From Puniceicoccales bacterium (GTDB lineage: Bacteria; Verrucomicrobiota; Verrucomicrobiia; Opitutales; JAIRKQ01): a stretch of DNA of 27,773 nt. How positions within the stretch are numbered: the first letter of the stretch is position 1; each line of letters starts with the position of its first letter. Position numbers and translations under genes: made by a program. The stretch spans positions 1-27,773 of the forward strand of contig JAIRON010000021.1 in assembly GCA_031257495.1 (NCBI GenBank), read 5' to 3'. Below the pieces are notes generated by a model. The model ran no database searches. It saw nothing but the letters and a program-made list of their open reading frames with translations, and was not told the origin of the DNA. Below, piece after piece: positions 1-8,075 of this stretch.

Positions 1-13
1 TGCACAGGGGGCT

Positions 14-940
14 TTGGCAAAAGAAATAAGTGCTTTAAACGATCTAATTGACAATGCTAAGAAAATTAAAACTTTGCAGCTAAAACAAAAAAAACTTTCA
101 CTTGAAAGAGAGGCTAGAGAGCTTCCACAGCGAATAAGAAAAACCGCAGCTCAAATTGAAACCATTACACAAGAACAGGCAGATCGACCTTCTCCCGAAA
201 AGTTAAGAGAGGAAAAAGCGGGAAAAGAAGCAGAGTTGGGAGCCCTTCGTAGGGATATTGCCTCAAAAGAAGAAGCGTTCGCCGCAGAAGAAAAAAATTT
301 GAGAGACGAACTAAGTGAAAAAAGTTCCCGTTCTGAGCGTCTTAAAGAGGAGCTGCAAATAGAAAGAAATGAATTAGCAACTGCTAAAACTGAACTAGAA
401 TCAGCAATTGACTGCCTTAGAAGGGCTCATGGAAATATCCCTTCAACCATGCCGGAAGAATGGTTTTCCATGTCCGAAGAAACTCAAGGTGGATTTACTC
501 TTACAACAACAAGAGCAAGTCCAATGCTGGAGCAAGTTTCCGAATCCCCAGTGGCCATGGAATATCTTGCCGATCAACTGGCTCAGCTAAGTGGCGTAGG
601 AGATGTACTGGAATGCATAAGTAAACTTTATCCAACAACATTAAATTCAAAGTTGCAGAATATATGTCGTACAGTTTTTGAAAAAATATGCCAGTCTACT
701 GTGGATGCGGAAATAAGACAAGAAGCTAATGCCGCCGATCTCAAGAAAGAAGCGGTCAACAAAATGGCTGATTTGCTAATGGCATTTAAAAATGTGGATT
801 TTTCTTCCTTAGAGACAAAATTCTTTCCCACTGACTCAATTTCCAATGAAAGCAAAATAAGGCGAGGAATATTCATGGAAGCAAAAAGGATTTCACAAGA
901 AATCAACAAACTTATGAACACAAGTAACCCTACCGCCTAA
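14..940 (+). CDS. Orphan coiled-coil protein (hypothetical); possibly 5'-truncated by the window edge
   Basis: 308-codon ORF from TTG 14 to TAA 938-940. The same frame stays open back to nt 2, so the true start may lie upstream of the window; alternatively the GGGGG run at 6-10 could be an SD for TTG 14. The first ~140 aa are E/K/R/L/A-rich with heptad-like spacing (LKQKKLSLEREARELPQRIRK, RSERLKEELQIERNELATAKTELESA). No catalytic or family motif recognised. The antisense ORF 628-921 looks like a shadow. Confidence 0.6.
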   Translation: MAKEISALNDLIDNAKKIKTLQLKQKKLSLEREARELPQRIRKTAAQIETITQEQADRPSPEKLREEKAGKEAELGALRRDIASKEEAFAAEEKNLRDELSEKSSRSERLKEELQIERNELATAKTELESAIDCLRRAHGNIPSTMPEEWFSMSEETQGGFTLTTTRASPMLEQVSESPVAMEYLADQLAQLSGVGDVLECISKLYPTTLNSKLQNICRTVFEKICQSTVDAEIRQEANAADLKKEAVNKMADLLMAFKNVDFSSLETKFFPTDSISNESKIRRGIFMEAKRISQEINKLMNTSNPTA

Positions 941-960
941 GGTATAACCTGGGATAAATT

Positions 961-1037
961 TTCATAAAACAAGGTGGAAAAAGGTAAAAAAACAGTGAAA
1001 TAAGTGAAAAAGTGGAAGCACGAGTAAAAATTATAAT
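961..1037 (+). repeat. Phased A-tract / GTRRAAAAA decamer array ending in a perfect TATAAT hexamer
   Basis: Purine-rich run aaGGTGGAAAAA GGTAAAAAAA CAGTGAAATAA GTGAAAAA GTGGAAGCA CGAGTAAAAA. A-tracts lie at 966-969, 978-982, 986-992, 998-1000, 1007-1011 and 1026-1030, so centres are ~9-12 bp apart over most of the array. TATAAT follows immediately at 1032-1037. No matching -35 hexamer. Confidence 0.45.
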
Positions 1038-1986
1038 GCCAATTCTTAAGCTTAGCAAAAAAAATTAGCCCCAAATAAGTAAAATTAATAAAATCGGATG
1101 TTCAGTATTACAACGAAAATTGTATGCCCTTATTGAAAAAGGTTTTCCGAGAAATATTTCCCTTCCTCAAAGGGCAAACCATTTAGGTAATTAGCGGCAT
1201 CGTAGAAATGGTGAACTATTTTTATGATTCCTTGGATCGTCGGCTACACTACTCAGCAATTCGTTGGGCCACTGCGATATTGTTTTGGGAGGCAAACACT
1301 TGTTAATACATCCATATCATGGCCAGACCTGCCCTGGAGGTATGCTAAGCCGTTGTCGAAGAGGATAGATCGTATCTCGGATACTCGAGTTACTACGTTT
1401 TGTGGTCTCTTTGGAATGGCAAATTTCGGCTCCAGCTCAACACCCGGTGTGTTGCCAAATAGTTGAATTCGAACACAATTTGCCGGCAAAAAACAAAAGG
1501 GCTCGGGCGTAAATATCCGAAATTTCCTTCGCCAAATATGTTAAATTTTACTCTTCAGATTGTTTTTCACAGTTGGCCATACGGTGGCGTCCCGCTGCCC
1601 AGGGCAACTATCTTCGCTCTTATGCGCATAACCTTTTATTGTTGTAAATTTTAAATACACATTTCAATGTTTCTCCTTGCTCCATCGATTCACTCGCTTG
1701 CGGATACTATACCATTTTCCATATTTCTACAGTGACGCCCTTGGCGACCCACTTGTTCCCATCCTTCAATACCTGCAAGTTACCTTGCCTAGGATTCCTT
1801 TTGTTGTGGCAAACTTTGTACTCTCTTTTATTATTTTATGCTCCTCCCTAAAAATTTTTCCCTTATTTTTCCTAATGGCGTCAACTCGCCCTTGCTTAGC
1901 TTAAAAATCTTCCCTTGTTTTTGACCTTGAAAAGGGGCATAAAATTCTCGCAATTTTCTGCAAAATCGAGTATGGCGTGGACCTTG

Positions 1987-2721
1987 ATGAGTACTTTGGA
2001 GATCAATAAACTAAGCGTTAGCGTTGAAGGTAGGATGATTTTGCACGATTTTTCATTGCTCATTCCCGAGGGAGAAGTTCATGCACTAATGGGCCCGAAT
2101 GGTGCGGGCAAGAGTTCGCTAGCTAATGCGATTGTTGGCCACCCTCACTATAAAATAGAGTCCGGCGATATTTTGTTCGATGGAGCTTCTATTATCGGGT
2201 TGCCACCGGATGAGAGGGCACGCCTGGGAATTTTTTTATCCTTCCAATGCCCAGCGGAATTACCCGGTATTAGCGTGGCAAATTTTATGCGGGCGGCCCT
2301 GCAAGCACGCTCCAAAGAGCACGTTTCGGCAACGGAGTTTTATAAAAAATTGTACGAATGTATGGATCTTTTGCGGATCGATCGTAGCTTTACTTCCCGT
2401 TCGATGAATGTGGGTTTTTCCGGGGGCGAAAAAAAACGCTTTGAAATTTTACAAATATTAATGTTGCAACCGACGTGCATCTTGCTCGATGAAATCGACA
2501 GCGGGCTCGACATTGATGCCCTTAAAATTGTTGCCAAAGGGTTTAATTCCTTTCGTGGTGAAGGGATATCGGCCCTTGTCATTACCCATTACAAGCGACT
2601 GCTGCAGCACATCGTACCCGATGCTGTGCACATCATGGATAGCGGTCGAATTGTTCGCAGCGGCGGGCTGGAGCTAGTAGATTCGCTGGAGGAGAGCGGC
2701 TATCAACGCGTAGGAACATAG
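1987..2721 (+). CDS. sufC: Fe-S cluster assembly ATPase SufC
   Basis: Frame of ORF 1915-2721. The conserved N-terminus begins at ATG 1987 ([15 protein letters not shown]...), so the TTG 1915 extension is unlikely. Walker [14 protein letters not shown] signature FSGGEKKR, Walker [13 protein letters not shown]-loop ITHY. Stop TAG 2719-2721 overlaps the sufB GTG by 1 nt. Confidence 0.93.
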   Translation: MSTLEINKLSVSVEGRMILHDFSLLIPEGEVHALMGPNGAGKSSLANAIVGHPHYKIESGDILFDGASIIGLPPDERARLGIFLSFQCPAELPGISVANFMRAALQARSKEHVSATEFYKKLYECMDLLRIDRSFTSRSMNVGFSGGEKKRFEILQILMLQPTCILLDEIDSGLDIDALKIVAKGFNSFRGEGISALVITHYKRLLQHIVPDAVHIMDSGRIVRSGGLELVDSLEESGYQRVGT

Positions 2722-4121
2722 TGGAAGCGGAAATCTACAATGCGCGAAATGGTAGTGATTTTCACTGCGATGTGGAATATGCCTACAATTCCGGATTTGG
2801 GCTAAGCCACGCTACCGTCGACTATATTTCCAACGCCAAAGGCGAAGAATCCTGGTTGCGTAAATTCCGCCATAGGGCATTGGACATATTTTTTTCCAAA
2901 GATCTCCCTAAATGGTTTGATCACGGGGAAGTTAGGGCCATGAATTTCGATAAAATTCGCTACTATCTCGCTCAGGGTGAAAAAGTTGGGCATACCTGGG
3001 AAGACGTTCCCGACAAGATCAAAGAAACCTTCGAACGTTTGGGAGTTCCTGAAAACGAGCGTAAGTTTTTGGCCGGCGTGGAAGCTCAATTTGACAGTGA
3101 GGCGGCCTATTCCCGGATGAAGGATGCTTTGCTGGAACGGGGCGTGATTTTTGTCGATTCTACGGTGGGGCTGAAGGAGTATGCCCATATTTTTAGAAAA
3201 TTTTTTGCCACGGTGGTTCCCGTGGATGATAACAAATTTAGCGCGCTAAACAGTGCGGTTTTCAGTGGGGGCAGTTTTATCTATGTCCCTGCGGGCGTGA
3301 AAGTTGAGCAACCGCTGCAAGCCTATTTTCGCATAAATTCTGAAAACTTTGGGCAGTTTGAGCGCACCCTAATAATAGTTGGCGAAGGCGCCGAAGTAAC
3401 ATACTTGGAGGGGTGCACCGCTCCAAGATTCGACACTTCGAATCTGCACTCAGCCGTCGTCGAGCTTATAGCCTTGCCCGGTGCAAAGATTCAGTACATA
3501 ACGGTACAAAATTGGTCCAATAACGTCTACAATCTCGTGACAAAGCGGGCCGTTGCTCATGCCAATGGGGACATTCGCTGGATAGATTGCAACATTGGTT
3601 CCAAATTGACGGCCAAGTACCCTGCGATTATCCTGAAGGGGGAGCGTGCCCGTGGGGAAGTATTATCAATTGCGGTTGCCTCCAATGGACAGCGTCAGGA
3701 TACGGGTGCTAAGATGATACACTTGGCGAATGATACCCGTTCCAATATTATCTCAAAGTCGATATCCATTCGGGATGGTGTAGCCTCTTACCGTGGTCTC
3801 GTCAAGATAGCTCCGGGGCTGTCCGGCTGCAGGAATAAAACTTGCTGCGATGCATTGCTGCTGAATGGTGGTAGCCAAAGTGCGACTTACCCGATGATTC
3901 AATCGATTGGTAGTAAGAATAGGGCGGAGCATGAGGCCAGTGTTTCCCGTATCGACGGTGAGCAAATTTTTTACATGATGCAGCGGGGAATCATGGAAAA
4001 ACATGCCCTTAGCCTTAGCGTAAACGGTTTCATAAACGATCTTGTCCGTGAATTCCCCATGGAATACAGCGTCGAACTTAAGCGACTGATCGAATTGGAA
4101 ACGGAAAACTCCATCGGCTAA
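2721..4121 (+). CDS. sufB: Fe-S cluster assembly scaffold SufB
   Basis: 466 aa starting at GTG 2721. Carries SufB-typical blocks [65 protein letters not shown] and [22 protein letters not shown]. Translationally coupled to sufC. Confidence 0.93.
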   Translation: MEAEIYNARNGSDFHCDVEYAYNSGFGLSHATVDYISNAKGEESWLRKFRHRALDIFFSKDLPKWFDHGEVRAMNFDKIRYYLAQGEKVGHTWEDVPDKIKETFERLGVPENERKFLAGVEAQFDSEAAYSRMKDALLERGVIFVDSTVGLKEYAHIFRKFFATVVPVDDNKFSALNSAVFSGGSFIYVPAGVKVEQPLQAYFRINSENFGQFERTLIIVGEGAEVTYLEGCTAPRFDTSNLHSAVVELIALPGAKIQYITVQNWSNNVYNLVTKRAVAHANGDIRWIDCNIGSKLTAKYPAIILKGERARGEVLSIAVASNGQRQDTGAKMIHLANDTRSNIISKSISIRDGVASYRGLVKIAPGLSGCRNKTCCDALLLNGGSQSATYPMIQSIGSKNRAEHEASVSRIDGEQIFYMMQRGIMEKHALSLSVNGFINDLVREFPMEYSVELKRLIELETENSIG

Positions 4122-4149
4122 TTTTAGGAAAAATTCCGCCCTGTATCGT

Positions 4150-5568
4150 TTATTTTGAATTGGCAACGAGCTTTTGCAAATATTCCACCGTTCTCTTGAT
4201 GGAAGTATCCTGATCGATCATGTTTTCAACGGTTTTACATGCATGAATAACCGTTCCATGATCCCGCCCACCGAATTCGTTGCCGATGTCGGACAGCGAC
4301 TGGCTCGTCATGATGCGACACAGATACATGGCTACCTGCCGCGGAAAGGCAATATTTGCCGGACGCCGCTTACTCACCATGTCGGCCAGCTTAAGCCGAT
4401 AATACTCTGAAACTTTTTTCTGAACGTGTTCGATGGATACCTGAGTCGCTGCTTCTTCGTGGAAAAGGTCATGCAAAAGATGTTCAACGGCTTCGGTATT
4501 TATGGGGGCATGGGTGAGGGAGGAGTAGCTCGCTAAACGCATCAGCGCCCCCTCCAATTTGCGAACATTACTCGATACACGATTGGCCAGGCACTCCACC
4601 ACGTCCTGGGGGAGATACAGGTTTATTGCAGTCGCTTTTTTAGCCAATATCGCCATCCTTGTTTCAAAATCCGGCGCCTGTATGTCCGTGACAAGCCCCC
4701 ATTGGAAACGGGAAACGAGCCTGCTTTCAAGTTTAGAAATCTCCGATGCGGGCCGATCGCTGCACAGCAAAATTTGTTTTTGCGATTCAAAGAGTTCGTT
4801 AAAAGTGTGGAAAAATTCCTCCTGAATACGCTCTTTACCCGATAGAAAGTGAATATCGTCGATTAGTAGTACGTCGATGTTGCGATATTTTTGCCTAAAA
4901 TTTGGCAAGCTGTTCCGCTGTAGGGAATTTATAAATTCATTGGTGAATTTTTCCGTGGAGGTATACACTACGTGGGTACGGGGAGCCTTTTTCAGGATTT
5001 GGTGGGCAACAGCCTGGATCAAATGTGTTTTCCCCAGCCCTGTGTCGCCGTAGAGAAACAGCGGGTTATAGGCACGCCCGGGGGTACTTGAAACGGCTAT
5101 GCATGCGGCATGAGCCATTTGGTTCCCGGAGCCGACGACAAAATTTTCAAAGGTATTCTTGAGATTAAGTAAACACGTTTCACCCGTTCTTTGTTCCGAC
5201 TTGTACTTCGGTTGTTGCTTCGGTTTTACCGCTTGCTGGGGCTGTGTGGTGTTATCAACGCTGCCATCGCTGCTAACGCGTAGCGCAACGTCGACTTGAT
5301 GCCCAAGGGCAAGGCTGAGCCTCTTGGTAATTACATCCAAATAATTTTCCTGTATCCAGATGAGAGCGAAATCGTTTTGCACACCGAGAACGATCGCTTT
5401 TTCATCTTCCTCAAGTATGGCTATGGGCTCAAACCATATCCTATACACATCCGGCGGGAAAATGTTAGAAAAATCGGACTTCACCGATTCCCAAAGGGGG
5501 GATTTTATTTCTATTTTATCACTGTTCACAGAAAGTTGTTCACAATTGTTGAAAACACACCGTGCCAT
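4150..5568 (-). CDS. dnaA: Chromosomal replication initiator DnaA
   Basis: 472 aa. Walker A GDTGLGKTHL, Walker B/sensor LLIDDIHFLSGKERIQEEFFHTFN, and C-terminal DNA-binding signature VAMYLCRIMTSQSLSDIGNEFGGRDHGTVIHACKTV. Convergent with sufB, 28 bp apart. An internal GTG ~13 codons in is an alternative start. Confidence 0.95.
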   Translation of the reverse strand: MARCVFNNCEQLSVNSDKIEIKSPLWESVKSDFSNIFPPDVYRIWFEPIAILEEDEKAIVLGVQNDFALIWIQENYLDVITKRLSLALGHQVDVALRVSSDGSVDNTTQPQQAVKPKQQPKYKSEQRTGETCLLNLKNTFENFVVGSGNQMAHAACIAVSSTPGRAYNPLFLYGDTGLGKTHLIQAVAHQILKKAPRTHVVYTSTEKFTNEFINSLQRNSLPNFRQKYRNIDVLLIDDIHFLSGKERIQEEFFHTFNELFESQKQILLCSDRPASEISKLESRLVSRFQWGLVTDIQAPDFETRMAILAKKATAINLYLPQDVVECLANRVSSNVRKLEGALMRLASYSSLTHAPINTEAVEHLLHDLFHEEAATQVSIEHVQKKVSEYYRLKLADMVSKRRPANIAFPRQVAMYLCRIMTSQSLSDIGNEFGGRDHGTVIHACKTVENMIDQDTSIKRTVEYLQKLVANSK

Positions 5569-5760
5569 AGAATTATAGGTTTTTCAGTGAAACACACCGG
5601 TTAAAATTTTGAAACTTTCCCATTGCAAATAATTCACTTAACTTGCCTTCAATAAATATGTTACGTTGATTTCGTGTGTTCATGAAATTTTGAAAAAAAC
5701 TGATGGAATTCACCCAATTTAGCGCCTAATAGTTAAAATCAACGATAAGAAATCAACAAG

Positions 5761-5784
5761 TTATTAACAACCAAATGTGAATAA
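5761..5784. promoter_or_regulatory. Inverted pair of DnaA-box-like 9-mers upstream of dnaA
   Basis: TTATTAACA (5761-5769; one mismatch to TTATNCACA), then 6 nt, then TGTGAATAA (5776-5784; its reverse complement TTATTCACA fits TTATNCACA). Located ~195-210 bp upstream of the dnaA start. Confidence 0.3.
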
Positions 5785-5851
5785 CTTTCGTAGATTTTAT
5801 GAGCCAGGAACTTAGGAGCAATTTTGGCGTAGAAAAAATTTTTTAATTTAT

Positions 5852-5886
5852 CAATTTTTACCAATATTTGCCCAATTTTAACCAAT
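5852..5886. repeat. Two 14-nt direct repeats, 21 bp apart
   Basis: CAATTTTTACCAAT (5852-5865) and CAATTTTAACCAAT (5873-5886) match at 13/14 positions. Start-to-start distance is 21 bp, about two helical turns. They sit just downstream of the rsmA stop, in the dnaA upstream spacer. Confidence 0.4.
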
Positions 5887-5892
5887 GCTGAC

Positions 5893-6693
5893 CTAAAAAT
5901 TTTGCCAAGCATCCAGGGGAATCTGTTCCGGTCGCGCACTGGGAGAGATTTCGTTTGCCTTTAACCATGCACCGAAGCCGAACCCACATTCGTTGGCAAT
6001 CCTTGAAATTTGCTTACGTCTGGTACCAAAAATTTTTCTAATTACCTGCCTGGTTTCCGGTAAAAACAGATATGGCTTTTCCTTTCGAGCTAGGAACAGC
6101 ATGACGGAATCGACGGCGGGGGCGGGATGGAAGGAGTTTCGTGCTATGTTGCACATCGAAATTTTTACGTAGGTCGACTGAAGAAAGATGGATATGGGGC
6201 CAAAGGATTTCGTTCCATGTCGGGCTAAAAATCTATTGGCCGCATCGAGTTGTATTATCAATGCGAGCGATTTTGGCAAATTTTCGCACCGCAGTAGCGC
6301 TTCTATCCACGGGGATGATATGGCATAGGGCAAGCTTGCCACAACTTTATAGTCCTTACATTTTCCAGACAGGGCAGCGATGGGAAATTTAACCGCATCT
6401 CCATGCATGAGATTAAAATTTTCATTGGCTCCGTATTTCTCTTTCAGAAAGCCGAACAGTCGCCTATCCAATTCGACGGCAAACAGTTTGGTGCCATGCT
6501 TTAAAATTTCTTCGGAAACCGTTCCCAATCCCGGTCCAATTTCGACCACGTTATCCCCTAAGCCCAGGTCGGTGGAGTGCACAAATTTTTTGACCAAGTT
6601 TTTGTCTATCAGAAAATTTTGACCAAATTTTTTCGTCGGTCTGCATCCCAAAGCCGTGAGCGTGTCAACTGTATATTTAAAGAGAGAAACCAT
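5893..6693 (-). CDS. rsmA: 16S rRNA (adenine1518/1519-N6)-dimethyltransferase RsmA/KsgA
   Basis: 266 aa. N-terminal KKFGQNFLIDKNLVKKFV, SAM-binding VVEIGPGLGTVSEEIL, and LPYAISSPWI block typical of KsgA/Dim1. Confidence 0.93.
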   Translation of the reverse strand: MVSLFKYTVDTLTALGCRPTKKFGQNFLIDKNLVKKFVHSTDLGLGDNVVEIGPGLGTVSEEILKHGTKLFAVELDRRLFGFLKEKYGANENFNLMHGDAVKFPIAALSGKCKDYKVVASLPYAISSPWIEALLRCENLPKSLALIIQLDAANRFLARHGTKSFGPISIFLQSTYVKISMCNIARNSFHPAPAVDSVMLFLARKEKPYLFLPETRQVIRKIFGTRRKQISRIANECGFGFGAWLKANEISPSARPEQIPLDAWQNF

Positions 6694-7259
6694 CGATCAG
6701 CCTCTAGTAGTTAAAATTTTTCTCCCTTGGCGAGAATTTTATTTCCAAGCCCTTAATAGGAAAATTTTTGCAAAAAATTATTGATAGATTATGCATTATT
6801 TATATAATCATAAGCATCGGTTCCGGCCAAAGTGTAAGCGAGGCTGGGGCTGAGTATCGCAAAGGATGGGGGGCTGGTCGTTGGATTGGTCCTAAGATTT
6901 TTTGGCCTACCGCTGCTCTTTATCTGTGATTTGACGTAGTTTTGGAGGCAGATCTAAAGTTTTATGATGCGGCGGCCTTGATCCCGATTGTTAAAACGTA
7001 GGCGTGGCAATCAGCGATTTACATGGCAATGAAATATGCATTGATAATTTTAGCGGAACGTTAATTGTTGCCCGGAGCCAAAATTTGCATGAAGGGTTTC
7101 TAAAAATAGATAATTGCCGCCCCAACGGGTATTGATTCATTTTAAAATGAACATCTATTGCTTGGTGTGTCTGGGTAAAATAATTAGCAAACTGTCGAAG
7201 TTTAAAAAATTTCTTTAAAAATTCACCTAACTTCTTCAAAAAATGTCTATTTTTTAGCT

Positions 7260-7736
7260 TCAAAAATAAGTAGGTTTCTTGCCTAACCAGGCATTGCGAG
7301 CGTTATTTACTTTGGCTTTTGTGAAATTTGCCCACCATAAATCTGTGTCTTGTGCCTCTTGATAGTTAATGTAATGCCAGACATGCTCTGTGTTTTCCGA
7401 TTCGTCCGTGTCTATCTTTTGTACAGTTTCCACACAAATTTTAGCACGGTTACTAAAAGCTTTTAATTGGCTCTCAAATTTTTCTACACCGCTGATATTT
7501 GTAAATTTACCGATGGCCATTTCTCTTGCCTTACTGTCAATTTCGGAGGCAAGTTTATGAAGTTTTCCAGCGGTTTCTGCGTAATCTTTATTGATTTTTT
7601 CAAGCTTTTTCTTTCGTTCTGCGTTATTTGCTTCTTTAATTTTTTCAGCTGCAGCTTCGGCTATTTTTCCCGTGTCACTGATTTTTGTACGAATTGCTTC
7701 GGAATATTCTCGCATTTCTTGTATATGTTTTTGCAT
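7260..7736 (-). CDS. Orphan protein, helical K/E/A-rich N-terminal two-thirds and Trp/aromatic-rich C-terminus (hypothetical)
   Basis: 158-codon ORF, ATG 7734-7736 to TGA 7260-7262. The composition is coding-like, whereas the antisense ORF 7467-7874 is an F/C-rich shadow. No recognisable motif. The start lies 3 nt after the stop of the -1 frame of the upstream ORF. Confidence 0.6.
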   Translation of the reverse strand: MQKHIQEMREYSEAIRTKISDTGKIAEAAAEKIKEANNAERKKKLEKINKDYAETAGKLHKLASEIDSKAREMAIGKFTNISGVEKFESQLKAFSNRAKICVETVQKIDTDESENTEHVWHYINYQEAQDTDLWWANFTKAKVNNARNAWLGKKPTYF

Positions 7737-7819
7737 TTGCTAAATCTTTTCAGCTATACTTGTGGCAACGCTAATGTGATCGTCTGTATTCGGGTTTATG
7801 CGGATTGTGTATTTTTGCT

Positions 7820-8038
7820 TTATGTTTCGTGTAGAGTCACCATTATCGGCTCCAGCAGTTGCTTTCTCATTTGAAAAAAAGTCACTTCAATTCTTTTAAA
7901 AAGCCATAAAAAGCCACCGCGCATAACTTTCACTTGCCCAATGATACGTTTACCACTAGTGACAGGGCAAACTTTTCCGGGACTTTTGTCCCTTACTTGA
8001 TCGATAATTTCTTGTACCCGTGTGCTAATATCATCCAT
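7820..8038 (-). CDS. Small orphan ORF (72 aa in zero frame); may continue in the -1 frame to 7740 (conceptual 99 aa)
   Basis: ATG 8036-8038. No SD in the 9 nt between a TATACT hexamer and the ATG. The T7 run (plus-strand A7 at 7874-7880) sits exactly as acU UUU UUU in the zero frame (codons T53 F54 F55). The -1 frame is then open for 44 codons (SNEKATAGADNGDSTRNIKQKYTIRINPNTDDHISVATSIAEKI) to TAG 7740-7742. Confidence 0.4.
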   Translation of the reverse strand: MDDISTRVQEIIDQVRDKSPGKVCPVTSGKRIIGQVKVMRGGFLWLFKRIEVTFFQMRKQLLEPIMVTLHET

Positions 8039-8047
8039 GAAAACTTA

Positions 8048-8075
8048 AGTATACATGGTTTTAATTTGATGTTAA
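8048..8075 (-). promoter_or_regulatory. Candidate sigma70-like promoter for the orphan cassette (would give a near-leaderless mRNA)
   Basis: On the minus strand: TTAACA (plus 8070-8075), a 16-nt spacer, then TATACT (plus 8048-8053). The -10 hexamer ends 9 nt before the ATG at 8038. Confidence 0.3.

Noticed and set aside
1253-1489. The minus-strand ORF text ...ILFDNGLAYLQGRSGHDMDVLTSVCLP vaguely recalls the C-terminal LxxNG...LGH...Y box of tyrosine recombinases (with Cys in place of Tyr)
   Set aside because: The upstream HxLRH box does not align without indels, overall identity is very low, and there is not enough room upstream (sufC) for a full integrase. The resemblance is too weak to call without a profile search.
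3753-4166. Long antisense or alternative-frame ORFs inside conserved genes (e.g. 2802-3188, 3753-4166, 7467-7874, 16297-17059, 18946-19446, 20633-20989, 27318-27746)
   Set aside because: Each lies wholly within, and antisense to or out of frame with, a strongly supported conserved CDS, and has shadow-ORF composition. No independent support.
5569-5892. Possible oriC next to dnaA
   Set aside because: Only one perfect-to-consensus and one single-mismatch DnaA box were found, with no obvious AT-rich 13-mer-type unwinding repeats. It is reported only as a candidate autoregulatory site.
6846-6854. GGGGCTGAG, resembling the 5' end of tmRNA (GGGGCUGA...)
   Set aside because: There is no downstream tag-peptide reading frame context, no T-arm (GGUUCGA...-like) and no ...CCACCA 3' end within 400 nt.
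6991-7263. 90-codon minus-strand ORF overlapping the stop of the 158-aa gene
   Set aside because: It has a TTG start and no SD, with low-complexity K/F/L-rich text typical of AT-rich spacer and no recognisable features. It is probably non-coding.
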